Shown here in pieces: positions 37,790 through 45,288 of a stretch of 45,288 nt of DNA. Every line of letters begins with the position of its first letter. The first letter of the stretch is position 1. Source of the stretch: Methanotrichaceae archaeon (GTDB taxonomy: Archaea; Halobacteriota; Methanosarcinia; Methanotrichales; Methanotrichaceae); NCBI GenBank assembly GCA_963748825.1, contig CAVVKN010000015.1, positions 1 through 45,288 of the forward strand, written 5' to 3'. The position numbers and the translations under genes were made by a program. Below the pieces are notes generated by a model. The model was not told where the DNA came from. It worked only from the letters and a program-made list of their open reading frames with translations, and searched no databases.

Positions 37790-37891
37790 TAAACATCCTC
37801 CGAGGTAATATCAATCCGAACATCGTTCAAGCTCACGGTATTTAAACCGATCGCCCAAAAAAGATGAAATCCGGAAAGGTCTTACAAAAAA

Positions 37892-39487
37892 CTAGTCTGC
37901 CGGCCAGACATAGATGTAAATGTAGTTGGACCAATCATTGCAGTTGTAGCTGAGTATGTGCCAGCCGGGATTATTTCCCTTAAACCAGGTCTGGTACCAT
38001 CCGGTGCTCTTGTAGCCGAAGTTCTTGACCTCGGGGGGGCAATAGTAGCTCGGTCCGCTGCTGCAAGCCGTCCACTCAAAGGACCAATATGCACCCGGCC
38101 GGCTTATTTTGGACCAGAGAGGCAGCCATTCCCCACAGAATACGCCTGCCACAGTTGCCAGCCTTCCCGGGCAGCTCTGGACATAGTACTCATTGCATCT
38201 GCAAGTGGATGGCACGGGATAGACGGCCTGGTAGCTATGCGCAGCGTAGCCGGAAGGCGCTGTAAGACTTGGCGAAGCTGTGCAGGTGGGGCAGCTCCTC
38301 TCATAGGGATAGCTGCTGGAAACACCGCCTGCAATTACTGTGGAGCTTGTACATGTGGTGCAGGTCTCACGAGAAGAGCTTGCCTGGCCGTGGAGACTTG
38401 CTGCACCGGGATAAGAGGCTTGATTCGGATAGCTCATCAAAGCTGGATTTGCTATCGCAGGATTTTCGAGCAGTCCCGTCCCGCTTGATGAAAAGGGATA
38501 ATTGTATCCGCTCTGCGAGGACTGGTCTGTGACCGGCCTGTACAGGTTATAATCAGGCAGAACAATCCTCTCGGCACCTGGATCCGGTGGAATGGGCGCA
38601 TTCAAGGGCAGAGATGATGCGGTCATGCTTGCGGCAGCATTTGAGTAGCCGGAAGGAGCAGACAGGGCAGCACCTCTGGGATACACATAAATGTAGATGT
38701 AGTTGGACCATATGCCGCTGTTGTAGCAGAGGATATGCCATCCAGGGACGTCTCCGCAAAACCAGCCCTTTTTCCAGCCTGTCCCCGTCCAGCCCCACCA
38801 TCGCACCGAGGGAGTGGACCGTCCAGGATACCATTCATAGACAAAGAAGTTGCCGCTTGATTTGATGTCCGCCCAAAGGGGCAGATAGCCGTTGAAGCTG
38901 CATCCTCCTACCGTTTTAAAGCCAGAGGCGGTCTGGACAAAAAATCGGTTGGCTGAAACCACGGAACGAGGATAATACCAGACGCTGGAACCGGGCAGTG
39001 CAGCCTGAACTGAAGACTGCGCGGAGGGCTGCACTGAAGGCTGAACTGTAGACTGCATGGGCGCGGATACTACCTGGGCTGTATTGCCCGGCAATGAGGC
39101 AGACACGAAACCCAAACTCGCATCGGGAGCAAAGCTCTCCATTTGCGGCTGCGAGAGTCCCAGCTCCTCTGCCGTCAATTGCTCTTGCATCGGCCCGCTG
39201 ATCTGGGGGGCCGGGTAAGCGGATTCTTGGCCCAGGGAATAATCCTGGCCCTGCAAAGGATTATTGCCATAAGACGATAATGATGGCTGGTTTATCGATG
39301 CCTGACTTGATTGTCCACTCTCGTAAGGCATGTAAGAATTTGTATCCATGCCTGCCGAAGAGCTTTGCTCCGGCTGAAGAGCAGCAGATGTATCTGATAT
39401 ACCCACATCGCCTACTGCACCTAAGGCGACGTTAATCATGACCAAAAACATGACAGATAACGTAAGATAAAACTTCATACACCCCAC
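37892..39487 (-). CDS. Secreted protein with two copies of a Trp/Tyr-rich domain separated by Ser/Pro/Gln linkers
   Basis: Signal peptide; repeat LPLW...EW...TGW...WF.G..PGWHIL.YN...WSNYIYIYV.P present twice. Confidence 0.75.
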   Translation of the reverse strand: MGCMKFYLTLSVMFLVMINVALGAVGDVGISDTSAALQPEQSSSAGMDTNSYMPYESGQSSQASINQPSLSSYGNNPLQGQDYSLGQESAYPAPQISGPMQEQLTAEELGLSQPQMESFAPDASLGFVSASLPGNTAQVVSAPMQSTVQPSVQPSAQSSVQAALPGSSVWYYPRSVVSANRFFVQTASGFKTVGGCSFNGYLPLWADIKSSGNFFVYEWYPGRSTPSVRWWGWTGTGWKKGWFCGDVPGWHILCYNSGIWSNYIYIYVYPRGAALSAPSGYSNAAASMTASSLPLNAPIPPDPGAERIVLPDYNLYRPVTDQSSQSGYNYPFSSSGTGLLENPAIANPALMSYPNQASYPGAASLHGQASSSRETCTTCTSSTVIAGGVSSSYPYERSCPTCTASPSLTAPSGYAAHSYQAVYPVPSTCRCNEYYVQSCPGRLATVAGVFCGEWLPLWSKISRPGAYWSFEWTACSSGPSYYCPPEVKNFGYKSTGWYQTWFKGNNPGWHILSYNCNDWSNYIYIYVWPAD

Positions 39488-39658
39488 CCCATGGGTTTGC
39501 TTTCTCCGTTCTGTTTAGCGCGCTCTATCTATTTAATACTTGTCTTATGGTTCCGAGATCAGGAAGCCAATTAGTTTATAATAATAATAGTTATACCTCC
39601 AATTTGCCAACAGAAATAGGAGAAAATATTAACTAAAAAATGTTATTGTCCGGGCAAG

Positions 39659-40440
39659 CTATTGACTACTGTCCCGACCCCAGTTGTTTCTCACCATCTC
39701 TGCCAGACGGGGATTGTCAAACTGATTGTAGATATCCAGATCGGTAGTATAACCTATAAAGGGATCTATGATGCCCTTCTCCAGATTCATTATCCAGATC
39801 TGAAGACCTTTATCCTCTGCTGCCTGCCCATTTTCCTGGAAGAACTGCACAAATGGCTCTAAAGTCTCACTACTTGGCACCAGGATAATATAATCGGACC
39901 CAGGCACGGGATTGTAGTTGTTGATATCCAAGGACTTTACGCTGGTGACTACAAACGCCTTTGCGTTCGTTTTTCTGCTGTGAATGTCATCTCTTGCTGG
40001 CTTTGTGCCGAGAGGGTGTACCCGGCGTTATTCATGAAATCCTTCAGTCGATCCTCCAGGCACTGCTTCAGGATGATCTTCAGCTCGGGGAGAGATCGCA
40101 CCAGCTTGCTGTTGGCATTAGCGAAGTCCTGTTTGCTGTATTTCTTGGTGTGCGAAAAATGGAAGATGCGGCCATCAATTTGGGTGTAGGTATCAATCTT
40201 GGGCAGGTTGAAGAATATTGGCTCATTGCTCATGATGCCGGCAAAGATGCCTGGAGCAATTCTCTCTCCCACCATATTAGCCAGCTCTAATCGCTCTTGT
40301 TCGCTTAATTTTGCAGACCGAACAGTGTCGTAGGTGCGAAGGAGAAGCTCACACCTGGCAATGATCTCCCTCTCGCGGAGCAGCTCTCTGAGAGGACCGG
40401 CAATTTTTTCAATCTCTGTCATTATCAGTCCCTTATTCAT
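39659..40440 (-). pseudogene. Hypothetical protein downstream of mptA, split as assembled by a one-base deletion near 39965
   Basis: 39949-40440 ends AEKRTQRRL*. A shifted frame reads AKAFVVTSVKSLDINNY... directly into ORF 39659-39931. Confidence 0.65.
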
Positions 40441-41395
40441 TAATCCCTTTAACGCAGGCTAATTCCGCTCGCAGCTCGCCCATTTTGGCCGTTCTCTCCG
40501 CAAAGGCATTATGCTGGTGAATGCTCTCCTCGTTGATCTGCTTTAAGGTCACTGCGGCATCATCAGGAAGATCGGAAAATGCCTCCACCAGTTTCTGGGC
40601 CATGGTTCGGACGCAATCCTCCACGAACTTTGGGTTACTGTGCGCTTTCCTTACCACCACGGCCTCGTCCGGACGCTTCAACAGCCCAAAGACTCTGGAA
40701 CTCATGGACTCTTCAATGATCTTAATGATCCTATCGATGGAAACGCAGCGCCGGTCATGAACCTCAACGGAGATGCTCCCCCGGCCACGCTGGTTGTGCG
40801 TGGCAATGGGCAGCCGCTCCGAGAGCTCGGCTGCCACCTGCAGAGAGAGCCCTGCTTTGGCCAGTTCCTGGCGAACCTGCTCTTTCATGATCTCCTGGGC
40901 GCAGGGGCATGCAGTCATGCCTAAAACCTCGGCCCCTACCGTCTTTCTCACGTATCCGGTGGGCCCGGCCCTGGCCACTGCCTCGGCAAAGATGTCCACT
41001 ACCTCCTGGCAGTTGACTTTTGTCACAGGCGTCTGTCTGCGCACAATGTACTCGCTTTTCATCTTTACTTCCGCCCGGGAAGCGTACTCATGCCGGGAGA
41101 GAAGTCTCTTGGCAATCTCTCCACAAAGCTCCTCTATCTCATAGACCGGGCGGTTTATGGCCTCTTCTAAAACCTCGTCTATCACCTCAAAGTTGCGGGA
41201 GAGATTGGCCCCTTTGCGGTCAGATGGAAGATCGACAAAGACCTCAAAATTGGAGATGAGAACTACGGGTCTCTCATCATTCCCACGCTCAACTTTCACC
41301 AGCTTTTTAACGCCGGTCACTCCCACTCTGGTTAAATTGAAGGGATAATCAGGCTCGCAAGCTTGAATATCAGGTAGGCTATCCACTAATTTCAC
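40433..41395 (-). CDS. mptA: GTP cyclohydrolase MptA (FolE2 family, methanopterin pathway)
   Basis: [42 protein letters not shown] and [10 protein letters not shown]. Confidence 0.95.
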   Translation of the reverse strand: MKLVDSLPDIQACEPDYPFNLTRVGVTGVKKLVKVERGNDERPVVLISNFEVFVDLPSDRKGANLSRNFEVIDEVLEEAINRPVYEIEELCGEIAKRLLSRHEYASRAEVKMKSEYIVRRQTPVTKVNCQEVVDIFAEAVARAGPTGYVRKTVGAEVLGMTACPCAQEIMKEQVRQELAKAGLSLQVAAELSERLPIATHNQRGRGSISVEVHDRRCVSIDRIIKIIEESMSSRVFGLLKRPDEAVVVRKAHSNPKFVEDCVRTMAQKLVEAFSDLPDDAAVTLKQINEESIHQHNAFAERTAKMGELRAELACVKGINE

Positions 41396-41622
41396 CTTGG
41401 GCTCGATTCCTCATCCTCGTCTTCGAGCGACTCGTCCTCTATCTCGTCAATGCGAGAGATGAGCCTGTCTACTTCCAGCATCATCTCCTCCAGGGTATTG
41501 CTGATCCTCTGGTGGCGCTCATCCGAGATACAAAAAGACCTTTCCAGCTCCGCTAACAGCTCCTCATCACCCATATCGAGCATCTTGCATATCTCTTTCT
41601 CGACATCCTTAGAACCGGGCAT
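41392..41622 (-). CDS. Small acidic coiled-coil hypothetical protein
   Basis: 76 aa; GTGA overlap with the mptA start. Confidence 0.65.
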   Translation of the reverse strand: MPGSKDVEKEICKMLDMGDEELLAELERSFCISDERHQRISNTLEEMMLEVDRLISRIDEIEDESLEDEDEESSPR

Positions 41623-41716
41623 GAGGGTTTATTTAGCACGAACATATTTGAGACTTTGCTCAGCGGTCAGATATATCTATGCGTAGAGCCCAACCTATGT
41701 GAAAGGAGTTCTACTG

Positions 41717-42373
41717 ATGATCAAGCGTTGCCCTCAACACGGTTTTTTCAGGGGAGAGCATTGTGAGTGCGGCTCTGCCGGTCAGCTTCTCTTGGATGAG
41801 ACCAAGACGGAGCAGCTGGGTCGGCTGGTAGCGGGCGGTCTGCGGCATTTTCCCGGTGATCTGGGCCTGGTTATGGACTCCCGCGGTTGGGTTGATCTCA
41901 CCAAGCTCGGCCAGGTGGTCACGAGCAGGCATCGCTGGGCCGGCAAAGAATTGGTGATTGCACTCGTACAATCCGATTCAAAGCAGAGATACGAGATCGT
42001 CGATGATAAAGTCAGAGCCAGATATGGCCATTCCGTAGATGTAGAGCTTGATCACCCGGAAAATAAGCTACCTAAACTCTACTACGGGGCAAGCGAAGAG
42101 GAGGCGGACAGGATCCTGGAGATCGGCATCAAGTCTGCATCGCAAAGGTACGTCCATCTATCCACCACCCCGGAGAAGGCCTGGCATGTGGCGACTTTCC
42201 GCACCGGCAACCCAAGAGTAATCCAGGCGGATGCCGCCGCAGCGCAAGAGTCTGGGGTGAAGATGATGACTGTGAACGACGATATCGTCATCTCGGAGAC
42301 GATTCCGTCCCGTTTTCTTTGCATCCTTGCCGCCAAGGACATTGTCAAACCGGAAAGCCATAAGAATATCTAG
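41717..42373 (+). CDS. kptA: RNA 2'-phosphotransferase (KptA/Tpt1)
   Basis: LRH.P, GWV, KQRYE, RARYGHS and YVHLS; N-terminal Cys/His cluster. ATG 41717 follows an AAGGAG SD. Confidence 0.92.
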   Translation: MIKRCPQHGFFRGEHCECGSAGQLLLDETKTEQLGRLVAGGLRHFPGDLGLVMDSRGWVDLTKLGQVVTSRHRWAGKELVIALVQSDSKQRYEIVDDKVRARYGHSVDVELDHPENKLPKLYYGASEEEADRILEIGIKSASQRYVHLSTTPEKAWHVATFRTGNPRVIQADAAAAQESGVKMMTVNDDIVISETIPSRFLCILAAKDIVKPESHKNI

Positions 42374-42377
42374 AGAT

Positions 42378-42989
42378 CTAGCGGCCGAAGCGTCTCTCCC
42401 TTCGCTGGCAGTCCCGGATGGCACGCAGAAAATCGATCTTTCTCAGCTCCTGCCAGTTGACATCTGTAAAATAAAGCTCTGAATAGGCCGCCTGCCAGAT
42501 CATGAAGTCGCTCAGTCTCTTTCCGCCCGCCCTTATCACCAGATCAGGCTTCTGGGAAAATCGCAGATGCGATTCGATAGTTTTTTCGTCGATCTGCTCG
42601 GGATTCAGATGCCCAGTTTCCACGTCCCGGAGAAGACCTCGGAATGCCTCTGCCACCTCGCGCTTGCCTCCATAGCCCAGAGATATTGCTACCTTGAGCG
42701 GGCCACCGGTGCCAGTTTGCTCTACACCCTCTGCTGTGTGCAAGCTGATTTGGGCGGGAACCGGGGCGAGAACGGATGCAATCTTGCGCTGGAGCATAGG
42801 CGCATCATCATTTACATAGAGCACAAGGGAGGTAAGACCAATGGACAGGCTCCATTCCAGCAGCTGGCAAAGGCGCACCAGACCATCATCGAATAGATCG
42901 CCACAGCTGAGAACAACGGCCACACAGCCGGGCAGATTGCTTTTTGCGATCCGGGATTGCAGGAGATACTCGTAGAGGCGGTAAATCAT
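42378..42989 (-). CDS. cis-prenyltransferase (UppS) family protein, atypical/short type
   Basis: GYGGKREV, PDLVIRAGGKRLSDFMIWQAAYSELYF and RRFGR; lacks the N-terminal DGNRR motif. Confidence 0.85.
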   Translation of the reverse strand: MIYRLYEYLLQSRIAKSNLPGCVAVVLSCGDLFDDGLVRLCQLLEWSLSIGLTSLVLYVNDDAPMLQRKIASVLAPVPAQISLHTAEGVEQTGTGGPLKVAISLGYGGKREVAEAFRGLLRDVETGHLNPEQIDEKTIESHLRFSQKPDLVIRAGGKRLSDFMIWQAAYSELYFTDVNWQELRKIDFLRAIRDCQRRERRFGR

Positions 42990-43054
42990 AGTCGGGTCTT
43001 AACGTATCTTCCATAGGCAAAGTATTTTTGCGATGAAAATTGCCATGTAGTTTC

Positions 43055-44260
43055 ATGGAGCGGGAAGATATCGCCCGGATGGCCATCGGACTGATGGTCC
43101 TGCTGCTGCCTTATGCCGGAGCCTTCACCGTCCTTCCCCTGGCTGTCGTATTCTTCCTGGACCGTGGCTCTCGCCTGCTCTCTGCATCTCTTGTTTTGCT
43201 GCTCATCATGAGGCCGGCGCTTTCCCTCACTGATACCAACCTGCCGCTTTATGTCATCGCCATCTCCTTTGTGGCCTCTACATTTGCCCCTCTCGCCTTC
43301 CGCAAGTTCGATTCCCTGGCGGGCAGCATCATGTATCTGCTCATCAACGTGGGCCTCGGCTATCCCGTCGCGAGCCTGATCTCGGGGGGCAGCCTCTCCT
43401 CAGAGAGGATATTGTTCCTGGTCATCTTGGGGGGGCTGTCCGGCGCCTTTTTGCACCATGCCTCCAAGGAGCGCGACTTCACAGTGCCCTTTGGCACCGC
43501 CATGGTGATGTGGCTTTTTTCCTTCGACTATCCGCTGCCTGAGCTGCAGCGCATTCTGCTCATCTGCATCTTCGCCCTGGTCCTTGGCATCGGTGCTTAC
43601 TTTGCAAAAGCTGCGGACTCAGATGCAGTGCTCAGCGAGACCATAGTCTGCCTGCTGGTGATCCTCTTTGCCGGACTCTCCTGGTTTATCCTGCTGCTCG
43701 CCTTCTATTTGCTGGGCGGTGCTTTTACTCGCTATGGATATTCGCATAAGAATAAATTGGGCATAGCTCAGTCCCATGGAGGCGTGCGCGGCTACAAGAA
43801 CGTCTACAGCAACAGCCTGGTGCCTCTTGCTCTGGCCATCTGCTACGGAGTTTACGACAATGATGTCTTCATCTTTGCCTTCATTGCCTCTGTGGCTACA
43901 GCCAATGGGGATACTCTGGCCAGCGAGATTGGCGAGACCAGCCGCTCCAAACCCCGCATGATAACCACGCTCAAAGAGACGGAGCCGGGCGTGGATGGAG
44001 GCGTAACGCCCTTGGGCGAGGCCGCATCACTTGCCGGAGCCATCATCATCGGCCTTCTGGCCACCGGCATGGGAATGGTGGGCGTTTCTGGCATAGTCGT
44101 CGCTGCCATTGGCGGATTTTTGGGCACGAACTTCGACAGCCTTCTTGGAGCAACGCTGCAAAGCAGGGGCATTTTGAGCAACAATGGTGTGAATCTGGTG
44201 GCAACGGCCTTCGGCGCTCTGGTGGGCGGAGTTCTCTGGTATATCCTGCAAATAACTTGA
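43055..44260 (+). CDS. DUF92 / TMEM19-family membrane protein
   Basis: RGYKNVYSN, ANGDTLASEIG, PGVDGGVT..GE, DSLLGATLQ and NNGVN. ATG 43055 is preferred over the track's 43040. Confidence 0.88.
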   Translation: MEREDIARMAIGLMVLLLPYAGAFTVLPLAVVFFLDRGSRLLSASLVLLLIMRPALSLTDTNLPLYVIAISFVASTFAPLAFRKFDSLAGSIMYLLINVGLGYPVASLISGGSLSSERILFLVILGGLSGAFLHHASKERDFTVPFGTAMVMWLFSFDYPLPELQRILLICIFALVLGIGAYFAKAADSDAVLSETIVCLLVILFAGLSWFILLLAFYLLGGAFTRYGYSHKNKLGIAQSHGGVRGYKNVYSNSLVPLALAICYGVYDNDVFIFAFIASVATANGDTLASEIGETSRSKPRMITTLKETEPGVDGGVTPLGEAASLAGAIIIGLLATGMGMVGVSGIVVAAIGGFLGTNFDSLLGATLQSRGILSNNGVNLVATAFGALVGGVLWYILQIT

Positions 44261-44428
44261 CGAGACCAGTTAAATCATTAAGAGTGGAGGTAAATAATGA
44301 TGAGCGACGTTGGGAGCCAAGATCCCCTGCTATGGTCGCAGGGATAACTGATCATATTTGGACAATTGGCGAGATTATGATGATGTTAGTTGTTCCTGAA
44401 AGCAACAACGCATAATGGGGAGACTACC
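44251..44428 (+). mobile_element. IS1-family-like remnant (transposase C-terminus + right end)
   Basis: Frame from 44251 reads NNLTRPVKSLRVEVNNDERRWEPRSPAMVAGITDHIWTIGEIM...* (stop 44413-44415), then GGGGAGACTACC, whose reverse complement GGTAGTC resembles an IS1-type terminal repeat. Confidence 0.65.
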
Positions 44429-44472
44429 CCATTCTCATGCCGCAGTTTAATGCGAGAATTCGCTATGCAACT

Positions 44473-45288
44473 CTAACCGATATTTTCTTCGATCCCGATC
44501 CCAAATAGATCCTTAACAAACCGATTGCCTGCTTTTTCCAGATCTCCGTCTAAGGGAAAAACAATGCTTTGGATATTGATCTGCCCTACTTTGCCTCTTA
44601 GAACTGTGCCGAACCCCTCCGGATAAATCAAGATCGCCTCTTGGCAGTCCTTAGTTTCCGCATAGGCAGTCACCTGCTGAATATCCGCTGCAGACGGTTG
44701 CTCCGATTTGTACTTTGTGTCCATGACAAAGACACAGCGACCAGTTTTTTCGTTAAATATTGATAAATCGATTTTGAATTTTAGATCCAGATTGGAATCG
44801 ATTATTACCTGTTCTTGTGATTGAATCGAGAATCCTGATGGAAGATGCTCCTTCAGCCATCTGGCTACAAACAGCTCGTAAAGGCGGTACATTTTCACCA
44901 GGAAGGGCATCATTTCGCGGTCTCCCGTCTCGTGGCCCGGGCCCCGGTGCTCAAGAAAGAACCTGCAGAGTGCATGCATGGGCTGGTAGTCCTGGTTTAG
45001 TCGGCTGTAGTGCCTGCCAATGCACTCTTCGGCTTGGCAAGGGCAGAGCTCCACAAAGCCTGCTGTATTTCGGTAGGCTTGCCGCACCAGAGGAAGCGAC
45101 CGCTCTGTGCATAAGCCACTGTGCAGGATTTGCAGCAGCGTCCAGGCTAATATTCGGTTTTCATCCACATCCGGGGTATGCTCCTCGAAGTGGCAGGCAA
45201 TCCTCGTGTCCCAGGGCTTTTGGCAGGCGGCTCGAAGGTCCAGCCGCCCTCGTACAAAAGGAAGCTGTTCTGATCGGTTTTGGTAGGC
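44473..45288 (-). CDS. mcrC: McrC-family restriction endonuclease subunit (5' part beyond the window edge)
   Basis: Open frame to the window end: FVRGRLD...DENRIL...MYRLYELFV...KIDL...MDTKYK...DIQQVTAYA (PD-(D/E)xK, McrC-type). Confidence 0.85.
   Translation of the reverse strand, partial: AYQNRSEQLPFVRGRLDLRAACQKPWDTRIACHFEEHTPDVDENRILAWTLLQILHSGLCTERSLPLVRQAYRNTAGFVELCPCQAEECIGRHYSRLNQDYQPMHALCRFFLEHRGPGHETGDREMMPFLVKMYRLYELFVARWLKEHLPSGFSIQSQEQVIIDSNLDLKFKIDLSIFNEKTGRCVFVMDTKYKSEQPSAADIQQVTAYAETKDCQEAILIYPEGFGTVLRGKVGQINIQSIVFPLDGDLEKAGNRFVKDLFGIGIEENIG

Noticed and set aside
39949-39951. Pyrrolysine read-through at TAG
   Set aside because: The downstream ORF is in a different frame; a one-base deletion explains the split.

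Overview
Chromosomal window from a methanogenic archaeon. The gene content and protein style fit Methanosarcinales/Methanotrichales, most likely a Methanothrix-like organism; this assignment is an inference. In order, the window holds: (1) a nurA-herA-mre11-rad50 double-strand-break repair operon, with rad50 running off the left edge; (2) an orphan nucleotidyltransferase; (3) an hdrA(-mvhD fusion)-ferredoxin-polyferredoxin-hdrC-hdrB operon; (4) proC; (5) a probable decayed integrase next to initiator tRNA-Met; (6) rnhB and a class V aminotransferase; (7) a tightly coupled operon of a large secreted repeat protein, a membrane-anchored surface protein, a polytopic membrane protein and a divergent CetZ/FtsZ/tubulin-family protein, followed by an exported thioredoxin and a redoxin-CcdA fusion; (8) a small Cys/His protein gene enclosed by two 63-bp hairpin-like direct repeats; (9) an XRE-cupin / acyl-CoA synthetase-ferredoxin / vorB / vorA operon; (10) several secreted or hypothetical proteins, rps3ae, mptA, kptA, an atypical UppS-like gene and a DUF92 gene; (11) an IS1-like remnant and a partial McrC-family gene at the right edge. 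Four genes carry single-base indels (five events in total), which most likely reflect sequencing or assembly errors. The best candidate for an undescribed system is the tubulin-like/surface-protein operon at 16.7-24.3 kb. The second is the repeat-bounded cassette at 26.6-27.2 kb. All calls come from motif recognition by eye; no searches were run.
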